From IMG/VR virus record IMGVR_UViG_3300038674_000458, positions 1-25,890 of that record: 25,890 nt of DNA; one strand, written 5' to 3'. Below the pieces are notes generated by a model. The model was not told the origin of the DNA, searched no databases, and saw only the letters and a program-made list of their open reading frames with translations. The DNA comes from a virus. Taxonomy: Duplodnaviria; Caudoviricetes. Below, piece after piece: positions 16,733 to 25,521 of this stretch (position 1 is the first letter of the stretch; the number at the start of each line of letters is the position of its first letter). The position numbers were made by a program, and so were the translations under genes.

Positions 16733-16758
16733 GGGGGGCACCCGCGAAGGTGCCCCCC
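16733..16758 (-). terminator. Perfect 10-bp GC hairpin after the capsid/decoration genes (weak terminator or mRNA stabiliser)
   Basis: GGGGGGCACC-TTCGCG-GGTGCCCCCC on the minus strand, just after the stop at 16766. Followed only by a poor U-tract (GCAACCTTTCC). Confidence 0.6.
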
Positions 16759-16765
16759 TGGTTCG

Positions 16766-17185
16766 CTACGCAGTCACGAATTCCTCGACCACATCAAGGA
16801 AAGCCGAGATGACCGGGGAGGAAGCCGCGGTGCCCGCGCCGACGGCGAGCTGCAGGAAGTCGCCCGCGTCGCACGAGGTTTCCGTGACCGCTCCCGCGAC
16901 GCCGGTCGCGTCGGCCTTCGTGCCGATCGTGATCGTTCCGATCGCCGCATAGGAGCCCGTGCCGGCGACGGAGCGCTGCAGCAGGACCACGGGACCGGCC
17001 GCCGTTCCACCGGTCTTGATGTACGCGGAGATACCCGTGATCTTGCATTTGAAGTTGACCCGCCATTGGGTCGCGTCGATGGCCGTGATCGCGGCCGCGG
17101 TGCCGGCGCACGTCACGTTGTTGCAGAGCTTGAACACCGAACGGGACCCGACATCGACGTAGCTGCGTCCTCTGGAATCGCTCAT
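16766..17185 (-). CDS. Capsid decoration/cement-like protein, 139 aa
   Basis: GGGAG RBS. Directly after the major capsid gene. Small Ala/Gly/Thr-rich beta-strand protein. Confidence 0.65.
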   Translation of the reverse strand: MSDSRGRSYVDVGSRSVFKLCNNVTCAGTAAAITAIDATQWRVNFKCKITGISAYIKTGGTAAGPVVLLQRSVAGTGSYAAIGTITIGTKADATGVAGAVTETSCDAGDFLQLAVGAGTAASSPVISAFLDVVEEFVTA

Positions 17186-17197
17186 GGTGGCTCCCCC

Positions 17198-18115
17198 CTA
17201 TCCCGCCGAACCGAACATGACGATCGAGTTGTCCGGGTCGGACTGCCAGAAGATTTTGAAGCCCAGAAGGGCGTACCAAGCGATCGCCTTGTCGCGGCCA
17301 AAGTCCCTGCTCTCGTACCGGATTTCCTCCGGGATGACGATCGCCTCCATGACGGTGTCGGCGCCGAACACATACGCCTCGCCGAACGCCGCGCTGACAC
17401 CCATCGAGTTGTCGAGGGCGTGGTTGGACATCGAGAAGCGGGTCTTGTAATACGCCCCGATCTCTCCGTTGACGGGGTACTTCGTGTACTGCCAGATCGC
17501 CTGAAGCTTGTCGTGCAGACCGCGGGCGGCCTGGGTGGAGAGGATCCCGTGGAAGAACCCGCCCGAGAACTTCTGCGCCTTCAACGTCGAGTAGAGGTAA
17601 TCGACGATGTTCTTGAGGTGGTAATCGTCGAAGCTCGCCGAGCAGGTCTGCGTCGGGGTGCCGTCGGTGTAAATGTTGTAGGCGGAACTCGAGGAAGCGA
17701 CATAGACGATCTTGGTCTTGGCGAATTCGGCCTCGACTTCGGTATCCATGACGGAAACCATGTCGTTCTTCAGGATCCGGTTGATCTTCTTCGACTCATC
17801 GAACTGCGACAGGGCCTCGAGCTTGCCGGTGTAGCCGTGGGCGTTCCCGTATTCGGAAACGGAGCCCGTACCCTTGTACGGGGTGTGGGTGCGCCGCGGG
17901 ATCGTAGCGGTTTCCACGAGCTTCCCACCGGCCGTGGTGATGTCACCCCACCGGTCGAAGTTCCAGGTGTCGCCCTTGCCTTTGCCGAATTCCTCCTGCA
18001 CGTCGGCGTACTGCCGGAAAACCATCTCGGCCTGTGCCGCGTGGCGGGTGGTACGGCTGAGTTTCGGGTTATACAGGTAGTCGCCCTGGCTAACCCAATT
18101 CGATGCAACGCCCAT
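17198..18115 (-). CDS. Major capsid protein (HK97 fold, N4-gp56/P22-like), 305 aa
   Basis: FRQYADVQEEFGKGKGDTWNF, LVETATIP, VSEYGNA, GEIGAYYKTRF and DFGRDKAIAWYALLGF motifs. Follows the scaffold. Confidence 0.92.
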   Translation of the reverse strand: MGVASNWVSQGDYLYNPKLSRTTRHAAQAEMVFRQYADVQEEFGKGKGDTWNFDRWGDITTAGGKLVETATIPRRTHTPYKGTGSVSEYGNAHGYTGKLEALSQFDESKKINRILKNDMVSVMDTEVEAEFAKTKIVYVASSSSAYNIYTDGTPTQTCSASFDDYHLKNIVDYLYSTLKAQKFSGGFFHGILSTQAARGLHDKLQAIWQYTKYPVNGEIGAYYKTRFSMSNHALDNSMGVSAAFGEAYVFGADTVMEAIVIPEEIRYESRDFGRDKAIAWYALLGFKIFWQSDPDNSIVMFGSAG

Positions 18116-18142
18116 AGTCTGCTCTCTTGATCCTCCTGATCG

Positions 18143-19093
18143 TTAAAGGGTTGGCTGGAAGATCCGCGCACGCATCGACTGACGGCGGGAGACTTCCGAT
18201 TTCGGGTCGTCGCCGACATCATCGGGATCGCTGTCGCGCGGCTGTCCAGCAGAGGGAAGCGCTTCGCCCAAGCTGATCGCCGAGCGTTTCGTGTTGATCC
18301 GTTCCGCGATTTGCTTTTCCTTCTCCTTGTCCCGCTGCTGGAAGTGCTCCGATACGACCTTCCCGATCCGTTCCAGCTGTTCGAGCGGAGGAAGGCCCTG
18401 CAGTTCCGGGCCCATCTTCTCGGCGGCCTTGAGGAACACCCCGTATGCTTCCCCGGACTCGACGTAAGGGACGACGTGCTGGTTCTTCCCGTAGTAGTCG
18501 TCGAGGAACTTCTGGGAATCTTCCTCGGAGATGGGGGAGGAAGGCGCCTCCTGGGCCGACTTTTCTTCCTTGTTCTTGGCAAGGTCCTCGAGGTCGCGGC
18601 GCGTGAGGGGCTGGTCGAGGCGCTTTTCTTCCTCGATCTTGTCGTATTCCTCGAGCTTCTGGAAATCGACGTACTTCTCGACCTTCTTGAGTTTCGCCTC
18701 GGCGTCCTCGCGCGCCTTCCGCTCCTTGGCGAGTTCTTCCCTCGTCTTGTGGAAGGCCGTCTGGGTGTCCTTGATCCGCTTCTCGGCCGGATCATCGGGC
18801 TTGGTGTCCTTGCCGGGGGATTTCGGCTTGCCGTCGGGCGCCGAATCCTTCTGGGGCTCCTTGGAGGGCTCCTTCGGGGGCGTCGCGTCCGGGGTCGCCT
18901 TGTCACCTTCGGCCGGAACGTCTGCGCCCGCTGCCTGGGAATCCGCGGCTTCGTAGATCTTCTCGCGGGCCGAGCTTGCGGGCAGGGGTCCTGCTGCACT
19001 TGCCGACGGGATGGGGGTTTCCCCTCCCCCGCCGGATCCGCCGTCGCCTTCCGTCCCCGGTTCGGCCAGGGAGAGTAGAAGGTGTTTGAACAT
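18143..19093 (-). CDS. Capsid scaffolding protein, 316 aa
   Basis: AAAAGGAGG RBS. Disordered acidic/Pro N-terminus and KRIKDTQTAFHKTREELA coiled coil. Directly upstream of the capsid gene. Confidence 0.82.
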   Translation of the reverse strand: MFKHLLLSLAEPGTEGDGGSGGGGETPIPSASAAGPLPASSAREKIYEAADSQAAGADVPAEGDKATPDATPPKEPSKEPQKDSAPDGKPKSPGKDTKPDDPAEKRIKDTQTAFHKTREELAKERKAREDAEAKLKKVEKYVDFQKLEEYDKIEEEKRLDQPLTRRDLEDLAKNKEEKSAQEAPSSPISEEDSQKFLDDYYGKNQHVVPYVESGEAYGVFLKAAEKMGPELQGLPPLEQLERIGKVVSEHFQQRDKEKEKQIAERINTKRSAISLGEALPSAGQPRDSDPDDVGDDPKSEVSRRQSMRARIFQPTL

Positions 19094-19108
19094 GGTTGTT
19101 CCTCCTTT

Positions 19109-19432
19109 TTACGGTTGGACCACCGGAGATTCGTCCTCCGGGAGGTCGTCGATCGACAGGTTCGCTTCCGCGGCGATCTCGTGAAGGCCCTTGAGCATGG
19201 TGTCGAACGCCAGGTGGTAGGCGATGCAGGTTGCCAGCGCCGCATGGCTGTCCATCGAGGCGTATGCCTTCTGGATCGCATCGGCCTTTTGGCCCTCGAT
19301 GAAGGGGCCGATGTCGTTCTTGAACAGCTTCGAGTTGAGGAACGCCTGGAATTCCCTCCCCCGGGCGATCCTGCTTCGCAGCTCCATCTCCTGTTCCGGC
19401 GTCAACGGCTCTTTCCCGATCGGTTCCGCCAT
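19109..19432 (-). CDS. Small helical phage protein between portal and scaffold, 107 aa
   Basis: GGAGG RBS. Helical protein in the conserved portal-scaffold interval of podovirus-like head modules. Confidence 0.75.
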   Translation of the reverse strand: MAEPIGKEPLTPEQEMELRSRIARGREFQAFLNSKLFKNDIGPFIEGQKADAIQKAYASMDSHAALATCIAYHLAFDTMLKGLHEIAAEANLSIDDLPEDESPVVQP

Positions 19433-19444
19433 GTGTTCCTCCCC

Positions 19445-21382
19445 TTACTGCGGTATTCCTCCTGCGACTTCCTGCAGGAGGGAGACAAGTTTCTCGGCTG
19501 AAAACTTCTCGTTCCCGGGTGCTGGCGCGCCGCCGCCGGCCGGCGGGAGGGCTCCTGCCAGTGGCGCCGGGAGAGGCAAGCCGGTTGCGGGATCGACCGG
19601 CCCCGCGATCGGAAGCGGGCCCTTGAACACGAGCTGTTCCGGATTCGGCCACGGGAACGATGTGAAGAACCGCTGCGCGAGTTCTTCCCAATTCACGCGC
19701 TGCGCGAAGAACGGGACCTTGCCGGCGACTTCGATCGTCCCGAGGATGTCCTGCCGCTCCTTCTCCTTGTCGAAGAACGCCTGAAGGCCCTTGACCTTGA
19801 TCGGGTACCGCTTGTTCAGGAAGGCGTACTTCTGAGGTTCGGGGAGCATCCGGAGGTCGATGCCCTCCTGCAGGAAAATGTCCTCGGTTTCGGGATTGAG
19901 AAGCGGGTCCATGAAATACTGCACGGTGAGGTCCCGGGCGAGCTCGACGGCCTCGATGACGCCGCTTTTCTCGATCGACGCCGCGATGTTCTCGAAGGAC
20001 AGGGAGGACGCCTCGGTTTTACGTTCCACCTCGGTCGCTGTCACGTCGCGCCGCATGGACGGCATCCCCTGCATAAATTCCGTCCATCCCGTGTAGTTCT
20101 GTACGAACGACCGGAGCAGGTCGACGAGGGTAAAGGTCCCTTGGGGGATATCCCCCCCCTGCACCTGTCGAAGCGCCTGACCGAGGGGGCCCTTGGTCTT
20201 GAACAGCTTGCCGGGGGTCAGACCTCCTTCCGCCTGTTGCGGGTCTTTCAGGGCTTCGACGTTGACTTCCGACGGCGCCAGGAGCGCGAACAGCGCCTTG
20301 TCGCCGGCGATGTTCACGAGGTTGTCGATCGCATTGATAAGCGGCCGGATCCCGTCGACCATGCCGGCGCCGATCACCTGGAACAGGATTTTCAAGGGCG
20401 TGATGAAAACGTAGCCGTGCTTGCGGAGCCAATACGGGGACTTCGCGGGCTTGAGAAGGAGGAACTTCTGGTTCGCCACGACGAAGCGGCCGTCTTTGAC
20501 GACGACATTCCCCTTCGGGTCAGTTACCGTTCCCCAGAAGGTATGGAGCACCACCTCTTTCCGGAAGCGGTTCTTCGGCTCCTTGAGGCGCAGCATGTTG
20601 AGCCGCTCGATGTCGGCTTCCGTCCGGGCCGCGTCCTCGTAGTCCTCCCGCTTGAGGCGGTTCAATTCTCGCTTGTCGTAGGCGATCCCTTCCTCGTTCT
20701 CGAGGATCTTATAGAGGGGGACGCGGGTTTCCTCGATGATCCACGACATATCGAGCGGGAAGTGCAGCAGAAGCGGGTTGACGACTTCGATATGGAGCTT
20801 GGCCCGCTTTCTGGTTTCGGCCACGAAATCGTATTTCTCGATGGCCGGCTGCCCGGTAGCCGGATCAAGCATGGGTTGTCCGGTCGTTGGGTCAACCACC
20901 GGGACGCCGGCCCAAATCACGCGGGTATCCTCGACGTTCTTCGGGGAGAAGCGGAGGACGCCCATCATGATGGCGAGTGCGGATTCGACGGCTTCCTCGA
21001 ACTTGGAGATGTAGTCGGCCTCGTCGAGGTGGAACCGGACCTTGCGGGTGAAGGCGCGCGCGAAGTTGTCGGTGTTATCGGGAATCGGCTGTCCCGTCAT
21101 CGGATTGTTGGGCTTCGCCGCGTTATCCTGCCGTTCCGGGACAAACTTGAAGAATTCATCGGACTTCATCAGGATCCGGCGAAGCAGTCCCGAAGAACCC
21201 TTGATCGCGGGGTACACGGTCGGGACGACGATCTTGTGCTGCCATCCCTTTTTCTTGGAATGATCCCGGTAGGACCGATACCGGTCGTAGCACTCGGCCT
21301 GGACCTTGCGGAATTCGCCCCAGGTGTCCTGGGACTCCTTCAGACAAGCGTTCAGGAAGTCGATGACTTCTTGATTCGTCAT
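19445..21382 (-). CDS. Portal protein (P22-like), 645 aa
   Basis: ATGA coupling. Size, position and motifs YDRYRSY, IEVVNPLLLHF, GAGMVDGIRPL..IDNLVN and TGWTEFMQG..VTATEV. Confidence 0.92.
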   Translation of the reverse strand: MTNQEVIDFLNACLKESQDTWGEFRKVQAECYDRYRSYRDHSKKKGWQHKIVVPTVYPAIKGSSGLLRRILMKSDEFFKFVPERQDNAAKPNNPMTGQPIPDNTDNFARAFTRKVRFHLDEADYISKFEEAVESALAIMMGVLRFSPKNVEDTRVIWAGVPVVDPTTGQPMLDPATGQPAIEKYDFVAETRKRAKLHIEVVNPLLLHFPLDMSWIIEETRVPLYKILENEEGIAYDKRELNRLKREDYEDAARTEADIERLNMLRLKEPKNRFRKEVVLHTFWGTVTDPKGNVVVKDGRFVVANQKFLLLKPAKSPYWLRKHGYVFITPLKILFQVIGAGMVDGIRPLINAIDNLVNIAGDKALFALLAPSEVNVEALKDPQQAEGGLTPGKLFKTKGPLGQALRQVQGGDIPQGTFTLVDLLRSFVQNYTGWTEFMQGMPSMRRDVTATEVERKTEASSLSFENIAASIEKSGVIEAVELARDLTVQYFMDPLLNPETEDIFLQEGIDLRMLPEPQKYAFLNKRYPIKVKGLQAFFDKEKERQDILGTIEVAGKVPFFAQRVNWEELAQRFFTSFPWPNPEQLVFKGPLPIAGPVDPATGLPLPAPLAGALPPAGGGAPAPGNEKFSAEKLVSLLQEVAGGIPQ

Positions 21383-21741
21383 CGCGTGTCCATCCCACGC
21401 CCGATGTAGCGAAGTTTGCCATCCTCGTTGAATTCGCCGAATTCGCGGAAGAAGCGACGGTCAACGTCGCGGTTGTAGATCAGAGTGCGTAGGACACGGG
21501 GATCGTCGATGTCAATCGACCCGCGTCGGCCGGCTGAGCGCACGTCGCGGAATTCCTTGTGCACGGCTCCGCAGTCCTGACATTGAAAAATCTGAACGAT
21601 CTTGTGGGCGCCGGGATCGTCCCGGAAGGAGGTCCCCACGAACTTCGTGACGTGGTGGGGGCAGCGGGTCGGATCCTTCTGCCAAGGCGTGCCCAGGAGC
21701 ATGATCTTGGGCTGTTGGGCCAAGAAGTCTTTTTTCTCCAT
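21379..21741 (-). CDS. Hypothetical protein with a possible Zn-binding motif, 120 aa
   Basis: GGAGGG RBS. CPHH..CQDC. Stop overlaps the portal start. Confidence 0.7.
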   Translation of the reverse strand: MEKKDFLAQQPKIMLLGTPWQKDPTRCPHHVTKFVGTSFRDDPGAHKIVQIFQCQDCGAVHKEFRDVRSAGRRGSIDIDDPRVLRTLIYNRDVDRRFFREFGEFNEDGKLRYIGRGMDTR

Positions 21742-21783
21742 GCGGTATACCCTCCAGAGGGAAAGCCCCGGTCGAAAAAATAT

Positions 21784-22503
21784 CTACGCGCTCGGAGTGA
21801 GTACCATCCCCGTGCGCTCCGACGAGGTGTTGATGGTTGCCGCAACGCGAGACGCGGAGCCGTTGGGGGTCTTTATTGTCGCGCCGGCATCGGTCGTAAC
21901 GCCGGCAAGAACCGCCAGGGTGATCGAGAGGACCTGCTGGATGGTGTAGGAGCCCTCGGATTCGACGACAGCCGACTTGATCGCGTTGACGATCTCGGTC
22001 ACGGCGTCCGTGGCAAGGCCGGCCGCGTTCACAACGACGCCCGCGGTCCCGGTGTCGTCGACAATCGCGGCCGTCTCGGCCTTGACCGCGGCGATGTCGG
22101 CCGAAAGGTTTGCACCGGCGGGCGTCCCCAGGAGTGTGGCAACGGCCGCGGCGTCGACGACGAGGGAGTCCGAGGCCGCGATCAGGGAATCGTAGACGTT
22201 GGCTGCCAGGACGGCGCACTCGAGGCGAACCGGGAGTGCGCCGGCGACGTGGACGAAAACGACCAGAGGCCCGAGCGTGCTCGTGTCCGTGGCGTCCAGG
22301 GTGGCGTGGTAGATCCCGCCCGCGATGTGCGTGGCGCCGCCGCTGTTCTTGTTGGCCAGGGTTGTGGCACCGGCCTTCCAGATCTTGATGTCCGTGTTTG
22401 CGATCGTGAGCCCGTCCTCGGCCGTCTTCCCGTCAGTGTCATCGAGGAACGGCCCGAGTGGGATCTCCTGGGACGCCGTGCTTTGCTTGAGATAGATGGG
22501 CAT
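21784..22503 (-). CDS. Hypothetical Ala/Thr-rich structural protein, 239 aa
   Basis: TAATG coupling to the LamG gene. Beta-rich N-domain (GPFLDDTDGKT..GIYHATLDATDTSTLG) followed by an Ala-rich coiled segment. Strong GC3 bias. Confidence 0.75.
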   Translation of the reverse strand: MPIYLKQSTASQEIPLGPFLDDTDGKTAEDGLTIANTDIKIWKAGATTLANKNSGGATHIAGGIYHATLDATDTSTLGPLVVFVHVAGALPVRLECAVLAANVYDSLIAASDSLVVDAAAVATLLGTPAGANLSADIAAVKAETAAIVDDTGTAGVVVNAAGLATDAVTEIVNAIKSAVVESEGSYTIQQVLSITLAVLAGVTTDAGATIKTPNGSASRVAATINTSSERTGMVLTPSA

Positions 22504-23300
22504 TAGCAGATCCCCATTTCGCGGTAGTGGTTCATGAACACGGGGATGGGAGAAGCGCCAGGAGCGGCGGCCTCGAGACAGGCCGAGTGGAGGTTCTTCT
22601 TGGTAGGGTAACCGCTCGAGCGGAAGTAGTCGAGGTGTTCCTGGTCAGAAGTCGGGCGGGACAGAACGCCGAAATCGGCGATCTTCCCTCCCCATTGATA
22701 CGTCGGATCCGTGTTGTTGGCATTCCCGCCGATCCAGGTATTGAAGGATCCAGAATATCCCGTGGTTCGGCTGTTGGTCATCGAGCCGGCAAACATACCG
22801 TTAAGGAAGCACCTCGTTATCGTCGCCGCATGGTTATACGAGTAGGAAATAAGACTCCAGGCCCCAATCCTCCCACCCGGAAGGGTTACGGTCGTCCATC
22901 CGGCAGAACCATACGCCGAAACCGCGAAACGACTCGTAGTTCCGGCCCAGGTCAACGCAAGGTATATGCTGGTTGTTCCTCTTGAATGCTCGATGATCCT
23001 GGAAGCGTCCGTCGTCTTGGTCGGCAATGCCCACACAAATACCGAATGGGATCCGTAGGGGATAATCGCATTGGCGCCACAATCGACGCGATCATTCGTT
23101 CCGTCGAACCAATAGCAGGAGCGCCCGAAGGAATCCCCATTCGACGGAAGGGCTCCGGATACAGACAGGGCCAACCTGGAAGGCCCGCGGTCTATCGCTC
23201 GTCCGTCCAGGGGTGCGTTGAAGTAAACATGAGATTTGAAGTAGTCCAAGAATCTCACCCTGGATTGGCGAATCGGGATCTGTGCGAGAACATCTGCCAT
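22503..23300 (-). CDS. LamG/concanavalin A-like domain protein, 265 aa
   Basis: WFDGTNDRVDCG, HSVFVWA, WSLISYSY, CFLNG and WIGG..WGGKIADFGVLSRP pattern of Laminin_G_3 domains. Confidence 0.8.
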   Translation of the reverse strand: MADVLAQIPIRQSRVRFLDYFKSHVYFNAPLDGRAIDRGPSRLALSVSGALPSNGDSFGRSCYWFDGTNDRVDCGANAIIPYGSHSVFVWALPTKTTDASRIIEHSRGTTSIYLALTWAGTTSRFAVSAYGSAGWTTVTLPGGRIGAWSLISYSYNHAATITRCFLNGMFAGSMTNSRTTGYSGSFNTWIGGNANNTDPTYQWGGKIADFGVLSRPTSDQEHLDYFRSSGYPTKKNLHSACLEAAAPGASPIPVFMNHYREMGIC

Positions 23301-23304
23301 TCCG

Positions 23305-23718
23305 TTACACGCTCACGATGTTGATTCCCTGCCATCGCAGGGCTACGGCGACATTGGCTCCGGTGTTGTTCTTGCCAAGGATCCTGAAGTACTGCGGCGC
23401 CTGGAACAAGCCGCCATGGCCGCAGAGGGAGAAGAACGCCCGCTGCAAGTCCACGGAGAGATCCACGACGCCCAAGGGGATCGCGGATTCCCAGGTGCCG
23501 AAGTCGGTGCCGTTCTCCGAGGGGGCAAGTCGGAAATCCATCCATGCCGTTGCTGCTGCCGTCCCGTCGACATACGCCTCGATGAGGTAATCCTGGTACA
23601 GGGCCGAGGAGTTATCTACCGCGTTCGAGGTTCCGACCGCTGCCGTCGACAAGGTGGCGAAACTTGTTCCGGCGAAGTCGGCCGACCGCGAGGAATACGA
23701 GGGCTTCATCGTGGGCAT
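23305..23718 (-). CDS. Hypothetical beta-sandwich phage protein, 137 aa
   Basis: GGAG RBS. Tight spacing with neighbours. Alternating beta pattern ending PQYFRILGKNNTG. Confidence 0.75.
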   Translation of the reverse strand: MPTMKPSYSSRSADFAGTSFATLSTAAVGTSNAVDNSSALYQDYLIEAYVDGTAAATAWMDFRLAPSENGTDFGTWESAIPLGVVDLSVDLQRAFFSLCGHGGLFQAPQYFRILGKNNTGANVAVALRWQGINIVSV

Positions 23719-23721
23719 GAG

Positions 23722-23886
23722 CTATTTCTCCTTCTCGAGCTCGCGCAGCTGTGCGTTCACGTTCCGGTTCCCGCTTGACATCTTGGGCGCCTGGGGTTTC
23801 GGGTTGGAGAAACCGGACTTGGTGCGGCCGTCCTTCTTCCGGTTGGCGTCGTAGGGGACCTTCTCCGATTTGCTGAAAGGCCACAT
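23722..23886 (-). CDS. Small basic hypothetical protein, 54 aa
   Basis: AGGAGG 6 nt before ATG 23886 (MWPFSKSEK..). Fills the gap between the terminase nuclease gene and the next gene. Confidence 0.65.
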   Translation of the reverse strand: MWPFSKSEKVPYDANRKKDGRTKSGFSNPKPQAPKMSSGNRNVNAQLRELEKEK

Positions 23887-23896
23887 GGGGAACCTC

Positions 23897-24805
23897 CTAT
23901 CCGTTGTACGTCGATGCGATCCCATCGTCGGATCCCCTTCTCGGGGGCGGCGCCGGTCGTCCGTACTGCAGCCGGGAAACCAGGTATTCGAGGGCATTCA
24001 TCAGGTGCGAGTATTCGTTCTTCTCGGGCTCGTCGAGGTAGATCTCCTTGTTGGCGACCTGCTTCTTCCGATACCCGCCCTTGAAGGCGTCGATCAGGAA
24101 CCGCTCCCGAGGATCAACTTGTAAGAAGGGAAGCCCGTCGTCCTCGATCCTGCGGAGAACGTCCTCCATCGCGCGGTGCCGGCCGGTCCAGGTCACTTCG
24201 CCGGCCTCGACCTGGATCAGGGATCTCCCCTGATCATCCTTGAAATCGCGCTGGATCTCGAAGCAGGTCCGCTCGTCGGTCTGTGCGCGCTGACCACCCG
24301 CGGGGTCGCCGTAGTCGATGAACGTGAAGCCGGGGAAAGTCATGTTGCAGTATTGGAGGACCTTCTCGGAGAACCGCTTGATGCCGATGGATTCGTTCTG
24401 CGCGGTGAACACGCATGGGAAGATGTTGAGGTGCGGCCGCCTGGTCAGCTGTGCGATCGCGCACGCCGGGGTCAGACCGTAGTCCCACCCCCGTAAGATA
24501 GGGGTGTGAGGGATAGGGATCAGCGGGCTTTTCGCAACGTGGTGTTCCTCCCGGAAGATTTTGTAGATGGGCACCCCGGAGCGGATCGAGAAGTCGATCT
24601 CCTGCTCCATCTTCCACGCGGGATTGTCCTTCCCGCCGATGTACCCCTCGAGGGCTTTCTGCAGCCACGCGGCGCCCTGGGGCGTGTCGGGATCCCGCTT
24701 GGGGAAGGCCGAGTAGTGGAGCCGGATCGTCCGGACGCCGGTCGAGGTAGTCCACTTCTGGATTCCCTTGGGCGATGCCGAGGGATCGGGGACATGCGCG
24801 CTCAT
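23897..24805 (-). CDS. terL: Terminase large subunit, C-terminal (lid plus RNase H-like nuclease) part, 302 aa
   Basis: ATG 24805 overlaps the ATPase-ORF stop (ATGA). WKMEQEIDF, LRGWDYGLTPAC, YGDPAGGQR and KNEYSHLMNALEY nuclease motifs. Confidence 0.88.
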   Translation of the reverse strand: MSAHVPDPSASPKGIQKWTTSTGVRTIRLHYSAFPKRDPDTPQGAAWLQKALEGYIGGKDNPAWKMEQEIDFSIRSGVPIYKIFREEHHVAKSPLIPIPHTPILRGWDYGLTPACAIAQLTRRPHLNIFPCVFTAQNESIGIKRFSEKVLQYCNMTFPGFTFIDYGDPAGGQRAQTDERTCFEIQRDFKDDQGRSLIQVEAGEVTWTGRHRAMEDVLRRIEDDGLPFLQVDPRERFLIDAFKGGYRKKQVANKEIYLDEPEKNEYSHLMNALEYLVSRLQYGRPAPPPRRGSDDGIASTYNG

Positions 24806-25521
24806 GCTTCCCCCCCGAACGAGCCGGCCTGGGCGAGCTCGAACCCGGACAGCTGGCCGAAGAAAGATCCGCCCTCGGCCGAGGACACCATGATGATCTT
24901 GCGGCAGCACGCCTTCGCGGCGCGGTACGCCTCGCGGGCGAAGGGCTGGAAGGCGCTTTCGTCGGAGAACAGGCCGGATCCGGTGTAAGACCGGATGATG
25001 TCGCCGCCCTGGGGGATGCCCCAGAGCTTCGACCCGTTGGGGTACACGATGATGCCGTAGGCCGTGGAGAGGGGTTGTTTCATCCACACGGGCAGGTTTT
25101 CCTCGATGAACGACGCGCGGGCGAGTCCGGGCTCCTTGTTGAAAACGAGGTTCGCGGCGTCCTCCTCCTTCTTGCTCTGGATGAACAGGAGCTGATTCCC
25201 GTGGAACCGTGCCCACCATGCGAAGTAGGCAACGATGAGCCAGGTGACGGAGAGCTGCCGGGACTTCCCGATGCATGTCACCTGCTGATGCCCGTTGTGG
25301 ATCTCGCCGAGGACTTCACGCAGGGCCGGCTCGTCGGGGAAGGGCTTCACGGGATTGTCCGGGTCGTACTCGTCCCGGGTCCAGACGTAGTGCTGATCGT
25401 TCCAGAGCCAATAGGCGGGATCGGAAGCGCAGATGGACAGCTCGAAGTTCCGGGCCCGGGGGGAGGACTGCAGCAGCAGGAACCGGCGTTCGCGGCGCTC
25501 CTGGCGTTCCTCTGGCGTCAC
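24802..25521 (-). CDS. terL: Terminase large subunit, N-terminal ATPase part, 239 aa
   Basis: GTG 25521 overlaps the terS stop (GTGA). Walker A-like KSRQLSVTW, Walker B LFSDESAF and coupling motif VSSA. Confidence 0.88.
   Translation of the reverse strand: MTPEERQERRERRFLLLQSSPRARNFELSICASDPAYWLWNDQHYVWTRDEYDPDNPVKPFPDEPALREVLGEIHNGHQQVTCIGKSRQLSVTWLIVAYFAWWARFHGNQLLFIQSKKEEDAANLVFNKEPGLARASFIEENLPVWMKQPLSTAYGIIVYPNGSKLWGIPQGGDIIRSYTGSGLFSDESAFQPFAREAYRAAKACCRKIIMVSSAEGGSFFGQLSGFELAQAGSFGGEA

Noticed and set aside
16058-21409. Long plus-strand ORFs such as 16058-18130 and 20141-21409
   Set aside because: Antisense shadows of the GT9, capsid and portal genes.
21750-21761. Short inverted repeat CCCTC-TG-GAGGG over the RBS of the 120-aa gene
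   Set aside because: Stem is too short and loop too tight to support a regulatory call.
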